DNA of 62,434 nucleotides, taken from positions 1-62,434 of the IMG/VR virus record IMGVR_UViG_3300042429_000522. One strand, 5' to 3'. Shown here one piece after another: positions 44,587-54,828 of the stretch. The translations under genes and the position numbers were made by a program. The notes under the pieces were generated by a model. The model did not search any database. It had not been told where the DNA came from and saw only the letters and a program-made list of their open reading frames with translations. Each line of letters starts with the position of its first letter. Position 1 is the stretch's first letter. This DNA is from a virus (lineage: Duplodnaviria > Caudoviricetes).

Positions 44587-45445
44587 AGTAGTACTCCATG
44601 ATCTCCGGCAGGTCTGCTCGGACAATGTCTAGTAAGAACGACCATCCTGCATCAACTTTTGATTTTATGCAAGCCTGTTCAACCTCTAGGAAAAAGGTAT
44701 CAAGGCAACCGGTGTAGCGTCCTGAAGCGTGGTGTATCATCGGGCTTGCGTGTCCCAGCTCGCCAGCCTTAGCGGATGCCAGCAGGGCATCAAGCCGTGC
44801 ATCACCCAGAATCTCAACTACCAAGGATTCCTTGTAAGTTGGTTTCATCCCTCCACCCTTGAGCAAAGTTACCGGCTTGGGTTCATCAGGATTCTTCCAG
44901 TTCAGTGTGCCGGGGATACGCAGGATGCGGTCAAGATTAGACACGTTATCAGTACCGGGTAAAACCTTGTCTGCAAAGTCTCGTATGCGACCTTCCATCG
45001 CTGACCGTTCTCGTGTGGATCCACAAGCCTTGGCTGATGACAGCACCTTGTACCCGTGCCAACCATTGCCCGTGTGAACCACTATGTCACAGGTATCAAG
45101 TAATCCTTGACTGCTGCCGGGTACCTTTGAATCTAAATCTATCCACACTGCACCGACCTGTTCAATGGAATCCTTGCCGAGCTTACGTCCCGGTCCTTCA
45201 GGTGCAGCACGTGGACATACCCCGCAGTAGACATCGTAACCACGAATGGCTAGACTGATGATGTGCTGGGTAAGTGCTTGTCCTTCATCACCCCGCAAAC
45301 AATGGGGGAGTCTGTAGGTGGTTCTGTTAGCATGGGGCTTGACCTTAGATAAAGGTCTGATTTCGATAAAGCCGTCTTGATACGGTTTGAAAAGATGCCG
45401 CAGGAAAGCAATTGCCATCCCGGCATCCGTGGCTGGTATAGCCAT
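44576..45445 (-). CDS. RepB-like / AEP primase (B)
   Basis: Homolog of 9997-10866. Confidence 0.75.
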   Translation of the reverse strand: MAIPATDAGMAIAFLRHLFKPYQDGFIEIRPLSKVKPHANRTTYRLPHCLRGDEGQALTQHIISLAIRGYDVYCGVCPRAAPEGPGRKLGKDSIEQVGAVWIDLDSKVPGSSQGLLDTCDIVVHTGNGWHGYKVLSSAKACGSTRERSAMEGRIRDFADKVLPGTDNVSNLDRILRIPGTLNWKNPDEPKPVTLLKGGGMKPTYKESLVVEILGDARLDALLASAKAGELGHASPMIHHASGRYTGCLDTFFLEVEQACIKSKVDAGWSFLLDIVRADLPEIMEYYFGR

Positions 45446-45545
45446 GGGTGTAACCTGTTGTCCTTAGAGATACCTGCTACTGGTACCCCTCCGGTAGCTA
45501 CTCCGGAGGGTGGACAAAGTCCATAACCAGAAGGACAGGTTCACC
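45446..45545 (-). ncRNA. Conserved multi-stem RNA in the primase leader (B)
   Basis: Covaries with 10867-10960. Confidence 0.65.
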
Positions 45546-45549
45546 AACA

Positions 45550-45909
45550 TTATACATTGAATGTAAAGCCCACATGATCCGCTATAGCCCGTGCTGCATC
45601 GTGCCACGTGTAAGCCACCACAAACGAATACCCGTGTGGTTGTAAGGCATCACGAAAGGATACTTGCCCCGGTGTCAACCTACCCTTACCGGCTTTCATC
45701 TCGATAAAAAGACCCGGTGATGGAGCAGGGAGAAAGATATCCCAGACACCCGGTTTGACTCCCATGGCTTTGAACTTTGCAGCTGTCCTTGGATCTCTAT
45801 AGCCACCGTTAGGACAATGGTATATGGTGGCAAGCTCAGGATGCTGGTTAGTCATCAAGCGTACCCAAGTAATCAGCGCTATCTGCTCCCGGTCTTCAAG
45901 ATGTTTCAT
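45550..45909 (-). CDS. VRR-NUC nuclease (B)
   Basis: Homolog of 10964-11323. Confidence 0.9.
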   Translation of the reverse strand: MKHLEDREQIALITWVRLMTNQHPELATIYHCPNGGYRDPRTAAKFKAMGVKPGVWDIFLPAPSPGLFIEMKAGKGRLTPGQVSFRDALQPHGYSFVVAYTWHDAARAIADHVGFTFNV

Positions 45910-46717
45910 GTATGGTTCTCAGTTGATCAAACGCCTTGTAAATGCGCTCTTTGACTACTGATGGCGGTATACGGTACCGACTGGCTACCATGTGGATGCT
46001 TTGGGGTACACGCCCATCAAGCCCAAGATGTAGGGCTATCATCTGCCGGGTCTCATCATCAAGTGCGCCTAAGGCTGTCATCAGAGTACCTCCCTCAGCG
46101 TCAGAAAAATACTCATCCTCGGCAGATGCTGTAGATCCAAAGATAGCAGTATCGCCAAGCACGAGCTGGGAACCCTGTACCGGGGTCTCAATGGATAGTG
46201 GTTCGATGCCTGATGCCGTGCGGCATATCTCGATGGTTTCAATGGTCATACCGCTACGTTCTGATAACTCTTCATCGGTCGGTGGTCTACGCAGCTCCAG
46301 TTCCAAGATGACGTAAAAGCGTTTGAGTTTATGCCACTTCACTAGTGCGTGTTCGGCTATCCGGATGGTTCGGTATTGGTTAGATTGATATCGTCTAAGT
46401 TTCTGGTAAAGCCAAGGATGAGCGTAAGTGCTAAACCTTAGACCACGCTCAGGCTCCCACTTTTCGATGGCACGAATCAAGCCCTCAACGCAGTACTGGC
46501 AAGCATCCACAAAGTGTTCTTTGTGCTTGATAACCTTACAGACTTCACGAACGAAAGCAAAGTTATGGCGAATCATAGCCTCAAAGCAATCATCTTTATG
46601 GATGTCGTTAGCCCAACCGTAGTGGAGTAAAACCATCTCGTCGTGAGACAACAAACGCTCCGGCGCCTTATGTAAAGCCCGGAGCGTCTGCCGAATAATA
46701 CTTGGTCTTGGTGTCAA
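45896..46717 (-). CDS. Sigma-70 family sigma factor (B)
   Basis: GLIRAIEKWEPERGLRFSTYA, RTIRI, PTDEEL; TTG start aligned to A. Confidence 0.9.
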   Translation of the reverse strand: MTPRPSIIRQTLRALHKAPERLLSHDEMVLLHYGWANDIHKDDCFEAMIRHNFAFVREVCKVIKHKEHFVDACQYCVEGLIRAIEKWEPERGLRFSTYAHPWLYQKLRRYQSNQYRTIRIAEHALVKWHKLKRFYVILELELRRPPTDEELSERSGMTIETIEICRTASGIEPLSIETPVQGSQLVLGDTAIFGSTASAEDEYFSDAEGGTLMTALGALDDETRQMIALHLGLDGRVPQSIHMVASRYRIPPSVVKERIYKAFDQLRTIHETS

Positions 46718-47022
46718 CGCACTCCTTGCGCTCGTAGCAGTGCTGGTTTGGTTTCCCATTCGTATCGTAAAGCGTCCTTAGCTGCAGAGATCATGCCAAG
46801 TAAAAGTAGCACACTTACCGCACAAATAACACCTGCACGAATAGAATCCCTAACAGCACGGTTACGGCTGAGGTAGGCTGTTCTGTGTGCTTCCAATGCA
46901 TAAGCCTTCTCACGAGCCTGTCGGGTTTGCTCCTGTTGGTCTTGCCATTCTGCCATCCGGCAAGCCATACAAATCGAATCGTCATCCATCACGTTATGCG
47001 CACAGTCGTTGCATCGTTGCAT
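46714..47022 (-). CDS. Zn-ribbon / TM protein (B)
   Basis: Homolog of 12937-13245. Confidence 0.7.
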   Translation of the reverse strand: MQRCNDCAHNVMDDDSICMACRMAEWQDQQEQTRQAREKAYALEAHRTAYLSRNRAVRDSIRAGVICAVSVLLLLGMISAAKDALRYEWETKPALLRAQGVR

Positions 47023-47041
47023 CGTCTTTTCTCCCTAACCT

Positions 47042-47263
47042 TTAGTTGTCAAACGTCTCTGTCTCAATGGTCGGCTTGATCCGACTCTTACGGCGAATAG
47101 CCAACAGCCTTACCAAGTCTTCCTCTGGCATGTTCATGGCTTCAGCAAGCTTAGTAAGGTTGCTTGCTTGTGGTATCTTTTTTCCTTGCATCCAGTCGGA
47201 TACTTGGGGCTGAGATGCACCAATACGTCTTGCTAACTCTAGTTGTGATAATCCTCTAATCAT
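47042..47263 (-). CDS. XRE-family HTH regulator (B)
   Basis: GLSQLELARRIGASQPQVSDW. Confidence 0.9.
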   Translation of the reverse strand: MIRGLSQLELARRIGASQPQVSDWMQGKKIPQASNLTKLAEAMNMPEEDLVRLLAIRRKSRIKPTIETETFDN

Positions 47264-47366
47264 GTTCCATATATACCATATGTATATATTATTGTGTCAA
47301 GGCTTGCAATATATATACTTTTTTTGTATATTGTTTATGTACCAAGGGGTACGGGAGATAAAGACA
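47264..47366. promoter_or_regulatory. Divergent promoter region (B)
   Basis: TTGCAA-N17-TATATT rightward, TTGACA leftward, same hairpin and SD as A. Confidence 0.75.
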
Positions 47367-47609
47367 ATGGGACTTATACTTACAAGCGCAAACGGTTCAT
47401 CAGGAAACAAAGTAGCAAAGTACATTGAAGCAGTACATCCAGAAATGAAAATGAGTACTGGCATTGCAATGAGAATTGCAAACGACATGATGGATAAAAC
47501 AGAGCGTAAGCAGTTATCGCCACTAGGCAAACGAGAGTTTGCACGAATCATTGAAGAAGTATTGAGCGAAAACACTTACATCAATGAGTGGCCATACAAA
47601 GTTAGGTAA
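47367..47609 (+). CDS. Early hypothetical protein (B)
   Basis: SD GGGAGATAA before ATG 47367. Confidence 0.7.
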   Translation: MGLILTSANGSSGNKVAKYIEAVHPEMKMSTGIAMRIANDMMDKTERKQLSPLGKREFARIIEEVLSENTYINEWPYKVR

Positions 47610-47646
47610 ATGAGATAGCCCCCGAAAGGGGGCAGGGAGATAAAAG

Positions 47647-47916
47647 ATGACAGTATATGCAGATGACTGGCTAGAGGTCTACATACCTAGAGACCTACTC
47701 GATGAGGTTGAGTATTACTCTGATGGTGGACACGGTTACAAGTGCGGTTCAGTCTTTGCCATGAAGCACGAAGAGACCGCAGACTACATTATGAGCAACC
47801 GCGACAGTCAGCTTGCAAAACACTTTGTGGATGATGGCGGTATTGATCTAGACAACCGGGTTGAAGTAATCAAGCACATTGATTACATAAATAGACGGAT
47901 GGGAGAAGAGATTTGA
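47647..47916 (+). CDS. Early hypothetical protein (B)
   Basis: SD GGGAGATAA. Confidence 0.7.
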   Translation: MTVYADDWLEVYIPRDLLDEVEYYSDGGHGYKCGSVFAMKHEETADYIMSNRDSQLAKHFVDDGGIDLDNRVEVIKHIDYINRRMGEEI

Positions 47917-48398
47917 CAAGCAGCGAAACTATAGGGGCAATAGCCCCTGCACTCATCAAGGCACAAAGCCAAATGCAAGGCATCAGTAAGGAGGGTAAAA
48001 ACCCAGCCTTCAAATCCAAGTACGTAACCTTAGATTCCATCTTGGACACCTTACGCCCTATCCTTACATCAAACGGCTTGATGCTTACACAGGGTAGCCA
48101 GCAACCTGAGACCATGCAGTCAGTTACCGTAGAATCCCGCATCATCCATACAAGCGGTGAATGGATCAGTACGACGGTAACCATCCCGGTAACCAAACCG
48201 GATGCTCACGGCTTAGGTTCAGCTCTTACTTATGGACGCCGGTATTCGGTCTCCGCTCTGCTGGCAATAAGTGCTGATGAAGACGATGATGCCAACGGAG
48301 CGATAGCACCCCGTGAAGATTACCGTAATGTTATAAAAGGCAACATTGTATCTATGACACCAATCAAGACAGCAAGACCACTGGAAGGAAATAGATAA
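47913..48398 (+). CDS. ERF recombinase (B)
   Basis: GSALTYGRRY. Confidence 0.9.
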   Translation: MTSSETIGAIAPALIKAQSQMQGISKEGKNPAFKSKYVTLDSILDTLRPILTSNGLMLTQGSQQPETMQSVTVESRIIHTSGEWISTTVTIPVTKPDAHGLGSALTYGRRYSVSALLAISADEDDDANGAIAPREDYRNVIKGNIVSMTPIKTARPLEGNR

Positions 48399-48964
48399 TG
48401 GCTTTTGACATCATAGATGGTGAGCTGTACGACGATGAGACCGGCGAATATGCCGGTCCTGCGTCCGGCTGGATAACAGGCAACGAATCACCGGAAGACC
48501 TTGCCTTGTTGGTCATGCGTAAACGGATGGACATAGAGGCAGCCATTGATGCCGAGACGGCTAAGATGCATACCATCTTGGCAAACTGTACGAACATCAT
48601 CGGCAAGCAGACCGCAAGGCTTGAGTGGTTACAATCCAAGTACGATGCCGAGCTGCAAAACTACGCAATGAGCCAACTACCGCGCAAGGCTGACGGATCA
48701 CTGAAAGCCAAGACGTGGACGTGCCCTTACGGTACGGTTGCTTTTCGTACACTACTCCCCAAGGTTGCCGTAGTGGATGAGGATGTTGCTTTGGCATGGG
48801 TACGCAAGAACTGTCCTGCAGCCATCAAAATCAAAGAATCCATCTTGGTGAGTCAACTACCTGAGCCAATCAAGAGCGCCATGCTTGAGAATCCAGCGGA
48901 TGCTAAGAAGGCTGGGTTTGTGGTTCACCCTGAAGCACAAGCAGTTACCATCAAAACGGTATAA
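48398..48964 (+). CDS. Mu Gam-like protein (B)
   Basis: Homolog of 14823-15362. Confidence 0.7.
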   Translation: MAFDIIDGELYDDETGEYAGPASGWITGNESPEDLALLVMRKRMDIEAAIDAETAKMHTILANCTNIIGKQTARLEWLQSKYDAELQNYAMSQLPRKADGSLKAKTWTCPYGTVAFRTLLPKVAVVDEDVALAWVRKNCPAAIKIKESILVSQLPEPIKSAMLENPADAKKAGFVVHPEAQAVTIKTV

Positions 48965-48970
48965 TGCTAA

Positions 48971-49053
48971 CACCCGCAAGGGAAACCAAAAAAAAAACAA
49001 CTGATGCCGGAACTGATGAGGAAAGACCCGATCTAAAAAGTCGGGTCTTTTTT
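48971..49053 (+). ncRNA. Putative small RNA (B)
   Basis: TATAAT 5 nt upstream; homolog of 15768-15848. Confidence 0.55.
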
Positions 49054-49055
49054 CG

Positions 49056-49592
49056 TTACCAATCGATGCTTACAAAGCCGCCGTTGCTTCCAAGCTCGCG
49101 CCATGCTCTAGCCTTGCGGTAGACACCGTCCCCTTCACGCTCTGGCTTGTCTTCGTCTTCCATTTCTGGGCTTGTATTACCCTCTACGGTTTTGACACCC
49201 CAAGGGAAAACACCTGTCACGATTCCGATATGAGCCAACCGGTTGAGCGGTGCAAACCAAAAGCATATCAAGTCACCGATACGCACCTTGGTAGGGTCTG
49301 CTTCAGCATCCTTCACCGATACCCAGTTCTTGGTACTTCTTGCCCAGTTGCCATGATCGGGACAGTAAGCCGAGCGTGGCCAGTCTAGGGGGATGCTTAG
49401 GGCTAGGTCATGAGCTGCATTCCGTAGCCGATAGACCACAAAGGCGGCACACCAAGGGCTACCGGGGGGGACAGGTGGAACTGTAGACGCTTGGTAGGTC
49501 TCAACCGCCTTGCCGCGATTGTCCCCGGTCTCCTGAACCCCGACATTATCTAGCGCTTCCTTAGCTGCACGTAAAGCGATTGGTCGTAGCAT
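49056..49592 (-). CDS. CHAP endolysin (B)
   Basis: Near-identical protein to A. Confidence 0.85.
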   Translation of the reverse strand: MLRPIALRAAKEALDNVGVQETGDNRGKAVETYQASTVPPVPPGSPWCAAFVVYRLRNAAHDLALSIPLDWPRSAYCPDHGNWARSTKNWVSVKDAEADPTKVRIGDLICFWFAPLNRLAHIGIVTGVFPWGVKTVEGNTSPEMEDEDKPEREGDGVYRKARAWRELGSNGGFVSIDW

Positions 49593-49681
49593 GATATATT
49601 CCTTTTGTCGACTTTATCTCCCGACACGGTGGGCAGTACTCCCGGTTGCTGTTTCCTCAACCTGCCCACCACCCCTTTCCT

Positions 49682-52618
49682 TTAGGCGAATGTCTCGCCA
49701 TCATCCACACTAACCAACTGCGTGATACCTGCCGATGTGCTGTGGTAGTAAAGGTACCAGTTACCTAACCGCCAAGATATAGCCGTCTGGTCGTTCTGTA
49801 CCCCGCTGGCTACCACCGCAGATGATGCCGTGATGATGTTTCCTTGCGGATCATAGATAACCCGGTGGAGGTCGTTGCCTGTATGCCGGAAGCAAACGAT
49901 ACGCTTACCCATGGGGTTGATTCCCACGCTTACGTGTGTCCCTGCTGCACTAACTACTGTTGCCACGGATACCGTCCCTCCCTCATTGTCTGTGTAGTAG
50001 GAATCAATCCCACCACCTGATTGCTTCTCAACCAAGATATACAACCTGCCGGATGCGCTCGTAGGGTCGTAGGCAATGGCCACGCAGTCAACCGCCGTAA
50101 TGCTGGTGGTTACTTCGACAAAGTTGGTAGCGTTCGGGCCATCGGCAAAGTGAAGTACCACGGTATGTGATTCAACATTAGCATAGCAAAGTCGTTGGTT
50201 TGGGGCTACATCAACTGACAGACAACCACCTGCAGCCGTCAACGCACGGAACCAAGAACGGAACCGGTGGCTGGTATGTAGCGGATCTATACCGATATTG
50301 TTAGTGCCTTGTACGGCATCATGGTTGCTTTCACCTAAGCCCCAAGGTGTTGACGTGTAATATCGTCCTTGAGCATCCAGCGTGCTATCGGTTCCACGGT
50401 TCGCGCTAGTTGATGTAAGCAAGAGGTCAACTGTACCGGTGGTCTCAGGGTCTCCTGCGCTATCTAAGATAGCACCGTGAGCAATACCCCTGAGCAAGGA
50501 ACCACCCGCTAAGTACAGCCCGGCTTCAGTGCCACCGTTGACATCAAACGGGTCATTTAGATCCGGTGGAAAGTTGCCATTGATACGGTCAAAGAGCGTC
50601 TGGGCTACGATGGTACCCTGCGCAAGCTGATGCCCGTAAGCAAAGTCTGTACCGGTTGTAGCGTGTGGTGTGGCAAGGATACCGCCACCCCTTAGCCAAG
50701 TGCTGTAGCCGGTAACTCCGTTGAGGAAACAATCCCGCAAGGGTGGTTGTGATGCCGAGCAGGTAGCACCAGCCGGGTATGCTACCGAGTTCGTTGCCAC
50801 CCAGCCGGGATGCCGAACGATGCTATTATCCGATGCGTTGATCTGGTCGCATAGCTCGCTGATGGTTACCGGGTCAACGCTGTACGATGTAACCCCGGTA
50901 GCACCACCGACCGTCATCTGCCAGTAAACATCGCTTTCTTCTTCAGTCCTACCATCGCGGTCTTGTTGCCAAAATCGTCTACCGTAGTAGTACGTGGTGG
51001 TTTCTACCTCTGCAACGATTGCCGGTGTGATGCGCTCAAACGCCGCCGTGAAAGTATCCGGTACATAAGTGCTGTCCGTGTTGGTGTAGGTTAGGGTTGT
51101 TGTACCAATGTCAATAGATCCACTAGACACCCGTAACCGTTGACATGAAGTAATACCCCAGTAAGCCGAGTCTACAGACTCACTACCGGCAAAGCTGCTT
51201 GATGCAACATTTTTCCTTGGGTACGGGTTGTCCTTGTCATCCGTTGCCGGTAAGGCACCAAGGCTCCAAATGTCAGGGCTGCATAGGTCAAGGGTAACCG
51301 TGCTGTATGAGGTCGTAGGCGCCACAACCTGCCATCTTTTCGTGTTGCCGTGGTAATCAGTCAGTTCGATGTAGCCGGTTTGGTTGGTGCCGCTTTGTGC
51401 TTTTATTTGTATGGCAAGATACCGGTATCCGCTGGTGCCTTGGTAAGGCGTGTATGTCCTGTCGTTGCCTGTGCCGGGGATAGAACGGTTGTTTGTCTCA
51501 GCGATAGCCCAACCGTTGAAGCGGAAACCACGGAACAGCACACGGTTGTCGTTATCCGAATCACCGTTGGTTGTTAGTCCGGTGGTAGACAATGCAGCTG
51601 ATATCCACTCTGGTACATCATTCAGCGATGTTGATAGGCTTGCGGTACCAACTACTGGGTCTGTAAGGCTAGTGTTTGCGCTGTAGTCGTTGAAGGTATC
51701 CTGCCCACCGTATGACCCGCCTGAGCTTAGAATCGTACGGGTGCCACCGTCATAACCGGTTACAAATACATTTAGGTTGTCGGGGTACGCACCCTCCCAA
51801 GCCCGTATCCTTCCGACAATAGAGACAGCACGAGCAAGGCATACCGTGGTGCTGATGGTTCCAGACCCTGACTGGTATATTCCAAACGCATCAACTTCAC
51901 CTTCAAGCGATAATGACCACTCAGTAGCAGACTGCATCCCCTTAGTTTGTGCGTGTGTGATATCCGGTACGGTGGTTCCGTTTACCTTGATGTTAGTGAC
52001 ACCAAAGTTGTGTGTTTGTGGACCGGTGCAGAATCCGGAAGCACTTAGTGATGCTTTGTAGTTTGCTGTTTGCCTTGTGGCGCTTACGGTATTTGTAGCC
52101 GTGACTGTTGACCCGCCGACAGACAGACTACAGGTGGCGGTACTTCCAACCGTGCTACGTTCATACCAAGTATAAGACGTAAGGCTTGGAAACTGAGTTG
52201 GTGCGCTGGATGAAGAAAACGCAGCTTCGGCAACGTCCCAAAGTTTATCGGTTCCTACGCTTGCGCTGAATGCTCCGGCATACGTTGCTGAACCATAAGC
52301 AAAGTAAGCGGTAGATGTTCCTGATGCAATCGTTACCGTTGTTACTTGCGTGGCACCGTGGCCGTTGTTTACTGTAACAACCGCCTGTATATCCCATCCC
52401 CAAGTTGTCGAGTTGATGCCATAACTAACACCATCAACAGCTATTGAACCGGAAAAGCCTAAGTGATTACTGAATGTAAAGTCGGTGTGCTTATCTAGGT
52501 ACTGGTCTTCCCAAGTTGGCGGAATCGCAATACCGATAGGGTTGATAAAAGTAATGGTTACGTCTTGCGTGTGATCCATTGCAAGCGTGGATGTACGGGT
52601 ACCGTCAAGGTATGGCAT
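49682..52618 (-). CDS. Large tail tip / adsorption protein (B)
   Basis: Shares LDLCSP, PYPR, YWG, INGNF with A. Confidence 0.65.
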   Translation of the reverse strand: MPYLDGTRTSTLAMDHTQDVTITFINPIGIAIPPTWEDQYLDKHTDFTFSNHLGFSGSIAVDGVSYGINSTTWGWDIQAVVTVNNGHGATQVTTVTIASGTSTAYFAYGSATYAGAFSASVGTDKLWDVAEAAFSSSSAPTQFPSLTSYTWYERSTVGSTATCSLSVGGSTVTATNTVSATRQTANYKASLSASGFCTGPQTHNFGVTNIKVNGTTVPDITHAQTKGMQSATEWSLSLEGEVDAFGIYQSGSGTISTTVCLARAVSIVGRIRAWEGAYPDNLNVFVTGYDGGTRTILSSGGSYGGQDTFNDYSANTSLTDPVVGTASLSTSLNDVPEWISAALSTTGLTTNGDSDNDNRVLFRGFRFNGWAIAETNNRSIPGTGNDRTYTPYQGTSGYRYLAIQIKAQSGTNQTGYIELTDYHGNTKRWQVVAPTTSYSTVTLDLCSPDIWSLGALPATDDKDNPYPRKNVASSSFAGSESVDSAYWGITSCQRLRVSSGSIDIGTTTLTYTNTDSTYVPDTFTAAFERITPAIVAEVETTTYYYGRRFWQQDRDGRTEEESDVYWQMTVGGATGVTSYSVDPVTISELCDQINASDNSIVRHPGWVATNSVAYPAGATCSASQPPLRDCFLNGVTGYSTWLRGGGILATPHATTGTDFAYGHQLAQGTIVAQTLFDRINGNFPPDLNDPFDVNGGTEAGLYLAGGSLLRGIAHGAILDSAGDPETTGTVDLLLTSTSANRGTDSTLDAQGRYYTSTPWGLGESNHDAVQGTNNIGIDPLHTSHRFRSWFRALTAAGGCLSVDVAPNQRLCYANVESHTVVLHFADGPNATNFVEVTTSITAVDCVAIAYDPTSASGRLYILVEKQSGGGIDSYYTDNEGGTVSVATVVSAAGTHVSVGINPMGKRIVCFRHTGNDLHRVIYDPQGNIITASSAVVASGVQNDQTAISWRLGNWYLYYHSTSAGITQLVSVDDGETFA

Positions 52619-54828
52619 TAGATTTTCTGCCCACGGTAAACGGCTTTGCGTACGCTAAACCCGGATGTCTGCTCGGTAACAAAGTCAATCGATGGGATAC
52701 CGATAATGCGGTAATCACCCTTTGTAGTTGTTCCGTCCGGCTCCATGATACGCACCACATCACCAAGCCATAAAGGACGGTTGTTGGATGACAAGACCAG
52801 TAGATCCGATTCCCACTCAATCAAGATTCTTCCCGTAGTCAACCGGCTGTATAGGATGTCGCAAGCAGCATCAACAGCATCCTGTGTAGTTAGGGTTGGG
52901 TCTCTTAGTTGATACGGAACAGGACGCCCACGCCAGTTGTAGGGTCTACTTGCAGGTGCCGTGCTTGCAGTCTCTGCTGCACCGTCTACCAGTGACTTTG
53001 TAATAAACAAGCCGGTTGCTGGGTCTTGCCCTACAACCTGCACCTGTGTTGCCTCTGGTGTTTCGTAGTGGCTTGACATAGCCCGTACAACACGCTTAGG
53101 GCGTAGTACTTCAGTAACACCTGCAGTGGTTGCAGCTGCGATGCTTTGGTATAGCGTTATGGCTGGAGTGGTTGTAGCCAGTGCCGGGTCAATCCAGTAA
53201 TACAAATATCCGGATGTAGTAGGCATCCAGCCGGTGATGTAGTTAGCAGCGTAGTCGTTCTTGAGCTTGTCTATGTAACCACCGACCGTGTCGAAAAAGT
53301 CAGGAGCCAAAGCATATTGACCCTTTGAAATGTTAGGGCTGTACGGCAAGTCGATAGATGGAAAGTCACCACCAAGGTAAGGTCCTGAGCCATCTGGATA
53401 ACCTGCTATATCTAGCAAGTCCAATAAAGCACTACTAAAAAGCAAACCATCATAAGGGTAAGACTCAACGATGTAAGCGAGGTCAAAGTCACGGCTACGA
53501 TCTTGCCCGGCATAGACAAACACCGACCAGTCCCTCGTCGTATCGCCTTGCTCGTATGTAATCTCTGGTGGTGTAAGGGTGCCACGGAATACGTCTATGT
53601 ATGTTGGTGAGACTGCCCCATCGCTTAGGGCAATCCGGATTGGTCGGTCTGAAGTAATCTGCGGTTGGTCGACTCCCGCATCCGTGATGGGCTTCCTGCG
53701 GGTTGTTAGGCTACACGTAGCCCTTCCGTCATCGTCAACACTGATACTCACCCGCTCAACATCACAGGTGATGTCTACCGGATCATTAGCGGTTGAACCG
53801 GCAGCAGGCTGGTAAACCATATCAACTTCGTAGAATCCATACGTTGCCGCACCGGTTGCACTTGTAAGGCTTACCTTTGCCCGTACGTTAGTGATGACAC
53901 CGTTAGGTGTGTATGCTGTTAGGTCATCCTTAACCACGCTATACGAGGCGGATGCAGTGCCGGTGCCTATCTGGTCATACGCAAAGGTATCAGTAAAGGT
54001 TGCACCGGTGGGAGGTGCATACCGTAACTTCTTCACCGGGCTGACGGCATAACCTGACGTAGCAAATTGCAGCTTTGCCAGCTGAACGGATGCTTGCCCA
54101 GCAGGTACCAACCAAGAGAACGCGGCGGCAGGTGTGATCGTATTACTCGTCAATGCAGACAGGTCACCAAAGACATGGCTAAAAGCCAAGCCATTAGATG
54201 CAACCACGACAAGCTCACGCCGTCGGCAGGGAATCATCATAATGGTGATGAACTGGGAGTTTACCGAGGATAGAAAAGCAACGTTAGCAGTTGGTGCGAT
54301 GTTGGAATCATTCTTTTGATAACTACCAACTAGCACTCCAGACTTGTACACCTGTGCGCTTCCGTTAGCCCCAAACCAGACCTCTACGGAACCAGCCGAA
54401 CCAACGCCCCACCCTGCCTTAAGAATCGTGCTATCGTCCGAATCCTTTAGCCCCGGTACATAGAGGGACAGATAGGCTGATTGGTTAGCACTCCATGCCG
54501 TGGTAAGCGTAGCCCGCTCGGTAACATTCAAGGACTGTAGGTAATAATCTCCGGATGCTTTTATCTGCATCTGCTTCCATGATGCCGCAGTTGGTAAGGT
54601 GTAGTCGGTCTTTTGAAATCGGGCGTAGTTACCAGCAAAGGTTGTACGCCATGCAGCCGTAGTCGGTAGAGGAGCAAGCATCAAGGTTAGGGTAGTAGGG
54701 TCAAGCCATACACCGCTGCTCTTGGCTAAGTCCCATGTAGTACCGTCAGCTGCAACAACCAACCGCCCCTTCTGTGGGCGTGGTTCCGGGCAGTCGACTT
54801 CGATCAATAAAGGCCAAGCGTTCGCCAT
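52618..54828 (-). CDS. Minor tail / hub protein (B)
   Basis: Homolog of 19375-21723. Confidence 0.65.
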   Translation of the reverse strand: MANAWPLLIEVDCPEPRPQKGRLVVAADGTTWDLAKSSGVWLDPTTLTLMLAPLPTTAAWRTTFAGNYARFQKTDYTLPTAASWKQMQIKASGDYYLQSLNVTERATLTTAWSANQSAYLSLYVPGLKDSDDSTILKAGWGVGSAGSVEVWFGANGSAQVYKSGVLVGSYQKNDSNIAPTANVAFLSSVNSQFITIMMIPCRRRELVVVASNGLAFSHVFGDLSALTSNTITPAAAFSWLVPAGQASVQLAKLQFATSGYAVSPVKKLRYAPPTGATFTDTFAYDQIGTGTASASYSVVKDDLTAYTPNGVITNVRAKVSLTSATGAATYGFYEVDMVYQPAAGSTANDPVDITCDVERVSISVDDDGRATCSLTTRRKPITDAGVDQPQITSDRPIRIALSDGAVSPTYIDVFRGTLTPPEITYEQGDTTRDWSVFVYAGQDRSRDFDLAYIVESYPYDGLLFSSALLDLLDIAGYPDGSGPYLGGDFPSIDLPYSPNISKGQYALAPDFFDTVGGYIDKLKNDYAANYITGWMPTTSGYLYYWIDPALATTTPAITLYQSIAAATTAGVTEVLRPKRVVRAMSSHYETPEATQVQVVGQDPATGLFITKSLVDGAAETASTAPASRPYNWRGRPVPYQLRDPTLTTQDAVDAACDILYSRLTTGRILIEWESDLLVLSSNNRPLWLGDVVRIMEPDGTTTKGDYRIIGIPSIDFVTEQTSGFSVRKAVYRGQKI

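Noticed and set aside
49011-49026. CTGATGA...GAAA resembling a hammerhead ribozyme core
   Set aside because: No stem II between the motifs, and the A copy reads CTGATGG
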